Below, one piece after another: positions 1 to 7,949 of a DNA stretch of 25,500 nt. Source of the DNA: Candidatus Burarchaeum sp. (GTDB lineage: Archaea > Micrarchaeota > Micrarchaeia > Burarchaeales > Burarchaeaceae); contig JAUSNF010000014.1 in assembly GCA_030646255.1 (NCBI GenBank), positions 1 through 25,500 of the forward strand, given 5' to 3'. Made by a program: the position numbers and the translations under genes. Numbering within the stretch: the first letter of the stretch is position 1; each line of letters begins with the position of its first letter. Under the pieces are notes generated by a model, which did not search any database, had not been told where the DNA came from, and saw only the letters and a list, made by a program, of their open reading frames with translations.

Positions 1-1
1 G

Positions 2-1165
2 GAGGCCGTGAAGCTGGAGGCGTGGCGCGACTTGTTCCTGCACATAGGCAAAGTTTCAAAAGATAAGAAGACCATCCTGGTTATTGACGAGTTCCAGAGG
101 CTGAAGAAAATTGCGCCAGGTTTCATAACCGAGCTGCAGAACCAGTGGGATTCTGCGCTGAAAAACAATCCCCTGATGATAATACTCGTGGGCTCTTCCA
201 TAGGGATGATGAGGAAAATAGCCATGAGCCCGCACGGCGCGCTTTATGGGAGGAAGACTGCGCAGATGCAGCTGGAGCCGTTCAGGTACGCGGATTTCAG
301 GCAGGTGTTTCCCGGATTGACGGAGGCGGAGAAAGTTGAGTGGTATTCCGTTTTTGGAGGTACGCCGGCCTATCTCGAGCTTGCCCGCAGGCAGCCCACG
401 CTCATGGATGCAATAAAGAAGGTGGTGCTGGAGAAGGAGGCACCGCTCAGGGAAGAGCCGAAGAACCTGCTGGAGTTCGAGCTGGAGGTAATTGCGAGGT
501 ACAACTCCATACTGCAGGCAATAGCCAGGGGCAAGAGGACAATAAGGGAAATGTCCGATGAAACCAAAATCGACCAGACCACGCTTCCGGCCTACCTGAA
601 CAGCCTGCGGAACCTGCTGGGGCTTGTGAGGCGCAAAGACCCCCTTTTCGGCAAGAAGAACCTTGGCAGGTATGCGCTGGCGGACAACTTCTTCAGCTTC
701 TGGTATTCTTTTGTGCTGCCCCATGCGTCCGGAATCGAGATAGGGAACCTAGAGGCGCCCCTCGCGGCCATCCACCGCGACCTGCCGGCCCATGTGGGCC
801 GCTGCGTGGAAGAGGTTGTCAGGGAGCTTTTCATCCTCTACAACGGGCGCGAGATGAAAGGTGTGAAGCTGGACTTTGAAAGGATAGGCGCCTGGTGGGA
901 CCGCAGCGGCAATGAGATAGACCTTGTGATTGACGGCAAGGAGGAGCTGCTACTGGGCGAGATAAAATGGACCAACAAGCCCATGGGCGCTGACATACTG
1001 TACGAACTGGAGAAAAAGGCTGCATTGGTGCCGAAGGCAGGGAAGAGGCAGTTTGTGCTGGTCAGCAGGAGTGGGTTCGAGCCCGCCTGCCTGAAGAGGG
1101 CACAAGAGATGGGGTGCCTCACGCTTGACATAAAGGACATTGAGGGTCTTTTCGACAAGGCATAG
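2..1165 (+). CDS. Archaeal AAA+ ATPase (Arch_ATPase/PF01637-like) with C-terminal DUF234 domain. The reading frame is open to the window edge, so the gene is 5'-truncated and Walker A lies upstream.
   Basis: A Walker-B-like 'ILVIDEFQRL' sits near the N-terminus. The C-terminal half has the DUF234-type region that accompanies archaeal ATPases. The frame is open from nucleotide 2, and the GTG at 8 is only the first in-window start. Confidence 0.55.
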   Translation, partial: EAVKLEAWRDLFLHIGKVSKDKKTILVIDEFQRLKKIAPGFITELQNQWDSALKNNPLMIILVGSSIGMMRKIAMSPHGALYGRKTAQMQLEPFRYADFRQVFPGLTEAEKVEWYSVFGGTPAYLELARRQPTLMDAIKKVVLEKEAPLREEPKNLLEFELEVIARYNSILQAIARGKRTIREMSDETKIDQTTLPAYLNSLRNLLGLVRRKDPLFGKKNLGRYALADNFFSFWYSFVLPHASGIEIGNLEAPLAAIHRDLPAHVGRCVEEVVRELFILYNGREMKGVKLDFERIGAWWDRSGNEIDLVIDGKEELLLGEIKWTNKPMGADILYELEKKAALVPKAGKRQFVLVSRSGFEPACLKRAQEMGCLTLDIKDIEGLFDKA

Positions 1166-1183
1166 GTTTGAGGTTGTGAAAAA

Positions 1184-1885
1184 ATGATTAAGGCCATTCT
1201 TTTTGATTTGGACAATACTTTGCTGGACTTTTCCGGCTTTAAGAGAGGGAGCGCGATTGCAGCTGCCAAGGCCATGAGGAAGGCTGGCGTGAAGGCAAAG
1301 GAGAAGGAGCTGTGCAGGCGCATCTGGGCTGTTTATGATGAGAAGGGCATTGAGTACCAATATACCTTCAGGGATGTGCTTTTGGGCTATGGGTTGGACC
1401 CGCATGCGCACGAGAGGGCTCTGCAGGCTGCAGTGATAGCATATACAAAGAAGAAGTACGCACTGCTGAGGCCCCGGCCCCGCGTCATTTCAACGCTTTC
1501 CTCGCTCAGGCGCAGGTTCAAGCTGGGCATTGTGACTGACGCGCCCAGGGAGAAGGCATGGCAGAGGCTGATACTTTCAGGCCTGGACGGCTTCTTTGAT
1601 GCTGTTGTAACGTATACTGATACCGGGGAGCTGAAGCCCTCTTCTGCGCCGTTCATGCGCGCCTGTGGGCTGCTCAAGATAAAGCCTTCGGAGGCGCTGT
1701 TTGTAGGGGATAACCCTGAACGCGATATTCTGGGCGCGAAGAAGGCGGGAATGCGCACGTGTTTGGCGGCTTACTACGGGAAGTTTGGGTGCGGGGAAGT
1801 GGCGGATTTCACGATTAGGAGGTTTGAAGAGGTGGGGAAAATAAAGGAGAAGGAGGAGAACATCGTCTCCTCCCACCTCGCCTAA
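1184..1885 (+). CDS. HAD-superfamily hydrolase (haloacid dehalogenase-like phosphatase, subfamily IA-like).
   Basis: The N-terminal motif I 'FDLDNTLLDF' has the DxDxT pattern. A later 'VGDNPERDILGAKKAGMRT' matches HAD motif IV (GDxxxD). The start is preceded by GAGGTTGTG, and the gene is 18 nt downstream of the ATPase gene. Confidence 0.75.
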   Translation: MIKAILFDLDNTLLDFSGFKRGSAIAAAKAMRKAGVKAKEKELCRRIWAVYDEKGIEYQYTFRDVLLGYGLDPHAHERALQAAVIAYTKKKYALLRPRPRVISTLSSLRRRFKLGIVTDAPREKAWQRLILSGLDGFFDAVVTYTDTGELKPSSAPFMRACGLLKIKPSEALFVGDNPERDILGAKKAGMRTCLAAYYGKFGCGEVADFTIRRFEEVGKIKEKEENIVSSHLA

Positions 1886-2179
1886 TGGATCAGGCCAGCC
1901 GCCAATCCTAAGACAGCTAGGAAGCCGATCCAGGCGAGAAGATTTTTAATGTCTTCCGTGACCTCACCTCCCCGCATAATTCGCCCGTTCAGGTACCTTT
2001 TTAAAGAGAAGCTGAGTAAGCATATTGCCGATATGTTACTGCCTTCCGAACCGGGCTTGTTTGCGGATTTTTGTCCGAAAGGTTTGACTTCTCCTTATAA
2101 ACTAGACCTATCAAATTACTTCTTAATAAATTTTTTGTTTTGCAATGCAATTGGTTGAACTGCTGGACGGGGCGATTAA

Positions 2180-4927
2180 GTGGCCGAAATCACGAAAGAA
2201 GAAGCCAAACAAAAAGTAGCTGAACTACTTGAGGACTGGCGCCGCGAACATCCACAAGGCCCGCCTAGAACGTTTAATGAGGAGAATACTAAACAGTGGA
2301 TTGACGAACTATTTCACCGACTCGGCTGGAATCTTCGGACAGACTTGTCGAAAGAAGAAAGAAGTGGGAGGCGAAAGCGCGTCGATTACGCCTTCAAGAT
2401 AGAAGGTACTGTTCAGTTTCTGCTAGAGGCCAAGAAACCCAGCGAGAACCTTGATGATCATATCGATCAGGCAGTAGAATATGGCTACCAGAACAGCAAG
2501 AAATGGGTTGTTTTGACTAATTTTGAGGAAATACGGATATACAACTCAGAATACTGGAAGGAGGCAGAACAAACGAGGCGCCTTGTTACGCCGTTGAAGA
2601 TCACAGACTTCCTTACGCGCTTTGACGATCTGTGGCTTCTGAGCAAACCGGCCTTCGAAGAGCGACTAATTGAGAAAATAGCTGCACAGTATGGAAAGGC
2701 AAAGCCAAAGGAGCCGATAACTAAGATATTGTCTGATGATATGGAGAGGTGGAGGAAACTGCTTACGAAAGGCATAAGCGAGCACAGAAATCTTAACAAA
2801 ATACCTTCTGAGCCAGAGCAGGCAGAGGAATACATAGATGAAATGGTGCAGCGCATTCTTGATAGGATTTTGTTCATTCGTGTTGCAGAGGATCGGGGGA
2901 TTGAAGAACCAGTACTGGAGAACGCGCTAAGGAATTGGCAAGTAGACAAAAGCAAACCGCTGTCTGAATATCTGCGCCATGTTTTTAGAAAGATGGACGA
3001 CATTTATAACAGCGGCATTTTCCGAGAGCATGAGTCTGAGAAGCTAACCATAGATAATGAGAGTTACAGGCAAATCATAGATGAAAGTTACAAGAGCCCC
3101 ACTGGCCTGAAATACAATTTTGACGCGATTGATGCAGACATACTTGGATGTGTTTATGAGCAATATCTGAGCATTCTACTCAAAAAGACAGCTAAACGCA
3201 CGTCCTTGAAGGCGAGCAAAGGAAAAAGAAAGGAACAGGGAATCTACTACACGCCCACGTACATTGTAGATTACATAGTCAAAAACGCCCTTGGCGAAAT
3301 GCTGAAAGACAAGAAGCCGGAGGAAGTAGCGAGGCTGAAGGTGCTGGATCCTACTTGTGGCTCTGGTTCGTTTTTGATAAAAGCGTTTGACGAGATTAAG
3401 AGCTACTACAAGAACCAAAAGGGTCAGCAGAAGTTGAATGTGGACTCTCAAATACTTACACAGAATATTTACGGTGTAGATTTGGACTCAAAGGCGGTTG
3501 AAATAGCACGGCTCAATCTGCTTCTGAAGGCAGCTGAAACCAAACATAAATTGCCTGAATTAAACAATAATCTCAAGCAAGGAAATAGTTTTATTGAAAG
3601 TGAAGCTATCGCCGGAGACAAAGCGTTCAAATGGGAAAAACAATTTGCCAGTGTGTTTACAGATGGCCGCTTTGATGTAATTATTGGCAATCCACCCTAT
3701 GTTCACCAAAAAGGCGAGAAAGACGCTCCGAAAATTTCTTATTTGGAACGAGAATACTACCGCCAAAACTACACTTCAGTATATTCAAACGAAGTTAAAA
3801 CTAGAGGTGGGATAAAACTAAACTTGTTTGTGCCATATGTGGAACGAACAATAAGTCTTCTGAAGCCTATGGGTTTTCTCGGTTTCATAGTTCACAAAAA
3901 CGTTCTGAAAGTTGAATCATATAAACTACTTAGAAAATATATACTCGACAACTGCAGCATAGAACAAATAGTGGATTTGGGGGCTGGCGTTTTTTCAGAG
4001 GTAACTGGAGAAACCGTAATAATGATTCTAAAAAAGGAACCGAATTCTTCAAAGAGAAATGGCCACGAAATAAAGATAAGATATGGCCTTACGAATCCTG
4101 CCGATCTTCTTAACAATAAAGGCAAGACGACGCACCTAAAGCAAGAAAATTTTCAGCATTCTGTTGACCATATGTTTGCAATATATGTTGATGAGCGGGT
4201 AGAGTCGTTGAAAAATAAGCTATCAGTTAAATCGAAAAAATTAGACGAAGTAGCTAGAATAGTGTCATTTGGGCTTAACACCAAAGACAATAAAAAATAT
4301 CTTTCATTTGAAAAGTTAAACGGCGCTTACAAGCCCGTTGTGCTTGGCAGAGATGTTGGAAAATACGTCCTTAGAACACGAAACCGATTCGTGCTTTACG
4401 AAAGCAAAGTATTGGATAGAGTTGGAGATTTGGAGGCATTTAATAGCCCAGAAAAACTAATTTTTCAGAGAATAGGTTCTGGACTTATTGGAGTTTATGA
4501 TGACGAAAGATTCTATTGTTTTAACTCCACAAATATGATTCTCCCAAAACAAACTATTTTACAAAATCAAATTAAGCTAAAATATTTGCTAGGAATTTTG
4601 AATTCCAAATTAATGAACTATTACTATCGGGCTGTTTTCTCTACAGAATCAAGCCTTACAGTTAATGTAACGCAAGGATACCTTAGTCAACTACCAATAA
4701 AAATGGTCTCTGAACAAGAACAAGAACCAGTCATAAAGCTGGTTGACAAAATACTCGCCCTTAATCGCCGGCTCTTTGAGATCGGTAGCAAGAAAACAGA
4801 CGAGCGGGCGGAGGTCGAGGCAGAGATACAAAAAAGCGACGCAGAGATAGATGATCTTGTCTACAAACTTTATGGCCTTACGGAAGAAGAAAGGAAAATG
4901 GTTGAAAAGAACACTACTTCGGATTAA
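2180..4927 (+). CDS. Type IIL/IIG restriction-modification fusion enzyme (MmeI/Eco57I-like). It has an N-terminal PD-(D/E)xK nuclease, a gamma-class N6-adenine methyltransferase and a TaqI_C-like target-recognition domain.
   Basis: The 915-aa protein is close to MmeI in length (919 aa). Its N-terminus has D...EAK ('VDYAFK...LLEAKKP'). It has the 'YYTPTYIV' (HYT-like) motif, SAM motif I 'VLDPTCGSGSFL', and catalytic motif IV 'IIGNPPYV'. The C-terminal 'LLGILNSKLMNYYYRAVF' is TaqI_C-like. The gene is visibly AT-richer than the flanking genes. Confidence 0.8.
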   Translation: MAEITKEEAKQKVAELLEDWRREHPQGPPRTFNEENTKQWIDELFHRLGWNLRTDLSKEERSGRRKRVDYAFKIEGTVQFLLEAKKPSENLDDHIDQAVEYGYQNSKKWVVLTNFEEIRIYNSEYWKEAEQTRRLVTPLKITDFLTRFDDLWLLSKPAFEERLIEKIAAQYGKAKPKEPITKILSDDMERWRKLLTKGISEHRNLNKIPSEPEQAEEYIDEMVQRILDRILFIRVAEDRGIEEPVLENALRNWQVDKSKPLSEYLRHVFRKMDDIYNSGIFREHESEKLTIDNESYRQIIDESYKSPTGLKYNFDAIDADILGCVYEQYLSILLKKTAKRTSLKASKGKRKEQGIYYTPTYIVDYIVKNALGEMLKDKKPEEVARLKVLDPTCGSGSFLIKAFDEIKSYYKNQKGQQKLNVDSQILTQNIYGVDLDSKAVEIARLNLLLKAAETKHKLPELNNNLKQGNSFIESEAIAGDKAFKWEKQFASVFTDGRFDVIIGNPPYVHQKGEKDAPKISYLEREYYRQNYTSVYSNEVKTRGGIKLNLFVPYVERTISLLKPMGFLGFIVHKNVLKVESYKLLRKYILDNCSIEQIVDLGAGVFSEVTGETVIMILKKEPNSSKRNGHEIKIRYGLTNPADLLNNKGKTTHLKQENFQHSVDHMFAIYVDERVESLKNKLSVKSKKLDEVARIVSFGLNTKDNKKYLSFEKLNGAYKPVVLGRDVGKYVLRTRNRFVLYESKVLDRVGDLEAFNSPEKLIFQRIGSGLIGVYDDERFYCFNSTNMILPKQTILQNQIKLKYLLGILNSKLMNYYYRAVFSTESSLTVNVTQGYLSQLPIKMVSEQEQEPVIKLVDKILALNRRLFEIGSKKTDERAEVEAEIQKSDAEIDDLVYKLYGLTEEERKMVEKNTTSD

Positions 4928-5765
4928 GAAAGTGCTTTTCGATGTGAATTATTTGTGTTTTCGGAATGACAAGCTCCGTAGGATGAGCCGTCAAGTTGTC
5001 AGGTAATCCTTTCGTAGCATCTACATAAAAAGAGCGTAGAATAATCTCTGTTTTCGTTTCAGTTCTAAGATATCCGATGTACTTTCTGCGAGTAGTTATA
5101 ACCTCATATATGCAGAAGTCGGGAGATAGGAGGAGGGTAATCGCACCGTAATCATAACTAAGTGATACAATTAGTAAGAGTATCGGTGCGCTGAAGAAAA
5201 ATAAAGCCAGAAGTTGTGAGCAGCCATAAAGTGCGCAGTTGTCAGAGAACTTAAGCATAAAAATAAAACAGAAACCTACAAATCCAGAATAGGCAAGAAC
5301 ATTTATGATGAAATAGACTAGTTGATAGAAAAGAACGTTTGGACGCGTATGATTATTCAAGAAGCCAATAATGTCTAAATCAGAAACTTGTTTAAATGCA
5401 GGCAAATCACTGAACTTAGCTTTTAGCTGGCTTTTCATTGATCTCTTGAACTGTTTATCATAAAGAAATCGAAATAGCTGAGCTTGGTTTGTAAATTCCA
5501 AATTACTTTTTTCTTCATACTTAAAGCATACATAATTCTTTGCAGTAAATAGAAGGAGAGTAATGAGACCCAATACACTGACTACCCAAAGAGAATTATA
5601 ATGAGTCTCCAACAAACTAAAAGATAAAAGAAAAATTAAGAACGAGAAAAACAAGGGAACTATCAGAAATGTGAGAACATTCTGACCATATTTCTTTAAA
5701 GCATTGAAACCTTTAGGCGAATATGAAGAAAGACTGTTTAAAAATGCAGATGAAACATCTGGCAT
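4914..5765 (-). CDS. Polytopic membrane protein of unknown function with about 5 to 6 predicted TM helices. It is AT-rich and convergent with the RM gene, overlapping it by 14 bp.
   Basis: Long hydrophobic stretches include 'VLTFLIVPLFFSFLIFLLSFSLL', 'LWVVSVLGLITLLLF', 'VLFYQLVYFIINVLAYSGFVGFCFIFML' and 'LLALFFFSAPILLLIVSL'. Its codon and GC usage matches the neighbouring RM gene, not the GC-rich flanks. Confidence 0.5.
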   Translation of the reverse strand: MPDVSSAFLNSLSSYSPKGFNALKKYGQNVLTFLIVPLFFSFLIFLLSFSLLETHYNSLWVVSVLGLITLLLFTAKNYVCFKYEEKSNLEFTNQAQLFRFLYDKQFKRSMKSQLKAKFSDLPAFKQVSDLDIIGFLNNHTRPNVLFYQLVYFIINVLAYSGFVGFCFIFMLKFSDNCALYGCSQLLALFFFSAPILLLIVSLSYDYGAITLLLSPDFCIYEVITTRRKYIGYLRTETKTEIILRSFYVDATKGLPDNLTAHPTELVIPKTQIIHIEKHFLNPK

Positions 5766-5796
5766 AATTACTTACAACCTCACTCACGTAGTCCCT

Positions 5797-6753
5797 TTAC
5801 ACTCTCCTTTCATTCATCCTTCCCATCCCGGGCCTTCTCGAGAAGCCGGAGTTTCCGCCGGGTCTCGGCGAACCGGTCGGGCCGGACGGGCCGGATGAAC
5901 CGGCGGGGCGGGAGGAAATGGGCGGACGGACTGGAGCGGGCTTGACGGGCGCATCCTGAACGGCCTTGAAGCGAGCTTCGAACTGTTCCTTCAGCTTCGC
6001 GCCTATGGGATTGTGCGTGAAGGCATCGGCCCTGGCGCAGATGACCAGCTTGGTGGACAGCGCACGCGCAATCTTCCCCCGCATGTGCTTGGGCGACATC
6101 GAGATGGAGGCGTGCTGGAATATCAAGCCGTGCTTGGGCGGGTTGGTGCCCTTCTTCAGGTGCTTGAAGAGCGCCTTCTCAGCCCCGAGCACTTGCAGTG
6201 TGGAGGCGGGCATCATGGCCAGCTTGCGCAGAGAGCCTGCGTGCGCTATGAGCTTGGCGGCCAGCTCAGGCCCTGCTAGTAATGAGAGGTTGGGAGCTAT
6301 TTCATTGGCCAGGGAAGCCTGGTATTCCTCGAGCGAGGTGCGGTAGGCATAGAGGTCCTCGAGCTTGTGCGCAAGTTTGGTCATCTCGGCCAGGTCGGCA
6401 GTGCTGAGCTTTGCGCCTATGCTCGTCTTTGCCTTTGACTCCAGCTCCCGCGCCTTCTGCTCCCCTATTATTGGGGCGAGGTCGGATGCCTGTAAATCTT
6501 CACGGTTGATGAGCTGCACCAGCTTGGCAAAGGTGGGGGGCTCGGCTACGCGGAGCTCCGGGAAGTAGACTGCGTACCATTCGGTAAGGGTTTCATAGAG
6601 TAAGTTGGATGCCCTGTTCACCTCGAAGATTGCCTTCACGGTGTGCGAGAGGAGCAGGTCGCGCGCAGCGTGCGCTTCCCTCAGCATTGCCTTGGTCTCT
6701 TCCAGGAAGTCGCGCTTCTTGGCGCGGGGCCTATTCTCCATGCGGTTGTCCAT
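5797..6753 (-). CDS. nop5: Nop5/Nop56/Prp31-family protein (NOSIC plus Nop domain). It is a short form lacking the N-terminal fibrillarin-binding domain, with a Pro/Gly/Ser-rich C-terminal tail.
   Basis: 'LTEWYAVYFPEL' is the NOSIC hallmark and is followed by a Nop-domain core ('LLAGPELAAKLIAHAGSLRKLAMMPASTLQVLGAEKALFKHL'). The protein starts directly at the NOSIC region at about residue 55. A 'TTTAAAA' TATA lies about 27 nt upstream on the minus strand. Confidence 0.75.
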   Translation of the reverse strand: MDNRMENRPRAKKRDFLEETKAMLREAHAARDLLLSHTVKAIFEVNRASNLLYETLTEWYAVYFPELRVAEPPTFAKLVQLINREDLQASDLAPIIGEQKARELESKAKTSIGAKLSTADLAEMTKLAHKLEDLYAYRTSLEEYQASLANEIAPNLSLLAGPELAAKLIAHAGSLRKLAMMPASTLQVLGAEKALFKHLKKGTNPPKHGLIFQHASISMSPKHMRGKIARALSTKLVICARADAFTHNPIGAKLKEQFEARFKAVQDAPVKPAPVRPPISSRPAGSSGPSGPTGSPRPGGNSGFSRRPGMGRMNERRV

Positions 6754-6801
6754 GGACTAGTTTAGGGGGAAGAGGATTTTAAAGGTTTAGAGGGGGCTGG
6801 C

Positions 6802-7209
6802 TTACCTGCGATGATATTTGAACTTCTTGTCATAATCAGGATGCGAGGAGATTTCCAGAATGTTGGCACGTATTTCCCCATCGTCGTTGCCTTTTTCAGT
6901 TGAATATGACATGCGCCATCTGTTGGCTAGTTCAACGTGGAAGAGGTTGGTTGCACCGTATTTGAGTATGTAAGAGACAGGTATTTTGCCCTTGCCAACT
7001 GATTTTCCGTACTGGAAGTCGGCTGCAATGCGGTCGCATTTGTAGTCTACAGATTTCAGGATTGCCCGGTCGAACTTGGAGGTTGCAGCCGTCTCTTTCA
7101 GGTGTCGGTAGGTCTCGGCTGCTTCGGGAGAAAAACGGACTCTTACAAATCTTTCAGGTCCACTCCGTGGAGTTTCATGTATTTTGCCATCTTGGGGTTG
7201 TACATCCAA
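6802..7209 (-). CDS. RelE/YoeB/ParE-superfamily toxin-like ORF. Homology starts near 7146 and no in-frame ATG or GTG is available. Translation may start at the TTG at 7209, overlapping the upstream gene, or the gene may be a pseudogene.
   Basis: The C-terminal 110 aa are 'VRVRFSPEAAETYRHLKE...GKGKIPVSYILKYGATNLFHVELANRWRMSY...'. This matches RelE/YoeB topology, with an 'i.FS..A..dlk.L'-type N-terminus and a GKGK...RiiY-like core. The six-frame ORF 6802..7506 is an artefactual extension with a low-complexity N-terminal half read through another gene. Confidence 0.4.
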   Translation of the reverse strand: MDVQPQDGKIHETPRSGPERFVRVRFSPEAAETYRHLKETAATSKFDRAILKSVDYKCDRIAADFQYGKSVGKGKIPVSYILKYGATNLFHVELANRWRMSYSTEKGNDDGEIRANILEISSHPDYDKKFKYHRR

Positions 7210-7436
7210 GTTATTCCGCGTGAGCCAAAGGCTATCTTGTTGCTTCTGTCCAGGTAGTCGAGTATGACCATCAGCGTGTTGTGGTTCACCTGCTTTGGCA
7301 GGCACCTCTTGAGTTGGGCTACCGTGATGACGCTTTCGTCCATTTTGGTCAGCACCTTCTCCACCATCAGAATCGTGTTCAGCGTGGGCGAGTGCGCCAC
7401 CTCGTATGTCGGAGTTGCAGATGCCAAAGTAATCAC
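7143..7436 (-). CDS. Small hypothetical protein immediately upstream of the RelE-like ORF. It may be its antitoxin or a wHTH regulator.
   Basis: The 97-aa ORF ends with TAA at 7143-7145, one codon from where toxin homology begins in the +1 frame. The listed start is GTG, inside a GGTGA motif. TTG at 7427 or the ATG for 'MVEKVL' at 7367 are alternatives. An AT-rich promoter region with 'TTTATAAAC' lies upstream on the minus strand. Confidence 0.35.
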   Translation of the reverse strand: MITLASATPTYEVAHSPTLNTILMVEKVLTKMDESVITVAQLKRCLPKQVNHNTLMVILDYLDRSNKIAFGSRGITWMYNPKMAKYMKLHGVDLKDL

Positions 7437-7493
7437 CTTTTGATACTAGTTGATAATTAATTGATATAAGTTTATAAACGTATGCATCAGTGT

Positions 7494-7892
7494 TCATTTT
7501 ATGCACCCGGCAACTACATCAAGGAATTCACGGGCTCCTTTTACGAAATAGTCGGCATCCTGCAGGGTGAACATCTGCCTGCCATAGTCTGCGCCGCTCT
7601 TGGCGTGCAGGGCGCGGGAGAGGAGGGAGTGGAAATGCTCATGAGTTTTCTCGAGCTTGCCCTGCCTGAGGAGGTCGAGGAAGAGGAAGGGCATGTCGTC
7701 ATGCCTTGTGGCCTTGCGATTGAGGAAGTGTATTGTGAGCGCATCGTTGGCTCTTATTATTGCGTGTATTGCCTCTGCACAGGCTACTGAAGCTGGCGCG
7801 CCAGTCTTGCAGTGCGAGAGCGCGAGCTCGGCTGTGCTGAGCCATTCGCGCGCCTCGCTTAGGGCTTTTTCCGCAGTGTCGGTTTTGCTCAT
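7494..7892 (-). CDS. HEPN-domain protein, the putative toxin/RNase partner of the adjacent MNT.
   Basis: The protein is 132 aa and all-helical, with an R-x(n)-H motif ('IRANDALTIHF'). It sits directly downstream of a nucleotidyltransferase gene, which is the classic HEPN-MNT arrangement. The ATG start was verified at 7890-7892. Confidence 0.65.
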   Translation of the reverse strand: MSKTDTAEKALSEAREWLSTAELALSHCKTGAPASVACAEAIHAIIRANDALTIHFLNRKATRHDDMPFLFLDLLRQGKLEKTHEHFHSLLSRALHAKSGADYGRQMFTLQDADYFVKGAREFLDVVAGCIK

Positions 7893-7929
7893 CAGAAGAA
7901 TGGCTGAGAATGGGCTTTTAAAGCGTTGC

Positions 7930-7949
7930 AGGGTGGGGAGCGGGTGACT
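7930..7949. repeat. Left copy of a perfect 20-bp inverted repeat (AGGGTGGGGAGCGGGTGACT) flanking the wHTH-MNT gene.
   Basis: The reverse complement, AGTCACCCGCTCCCCACCCT, occurs at 8537-8556. It was checked base by base. Twenty perfect base pairs would not occur by chance in 25 kb. Confidence 0.85.

Noticed and set aside
176-222. C-box-like TGATGA motifs (176-182 and 217-222), and GTGATGA at 7322-7328, as possible C/D box sRNAs given the nearby nop5.
   Set aside because: All lie inside well-supported coding sequences, in frames encoding Met/Asp-rich peptides. They lack appropriately spaced D boxes (CUGA) and terminal stems.
1888-1932. TGGATC ... GATCCA inverted 6-mers after the HAD gene as a possible terminator or att site.
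   Set aside because: They are only 6-bp GATC-containing palindromes 36 nt apart, with no stable stem and no T-tract. This is not distinguishable from chance.
1971-5770. Shared 8-mer GCATAATT near both edges of the AT-rich island, as possible att/direct-repeat boundaries.
   Set aside because: An 8-bp match between two roughly 300-bp windows is expected by chance. No longer flanking repeat or tRNA-derived att site could be found by eye, so the island boundaries remain defined only by composition.
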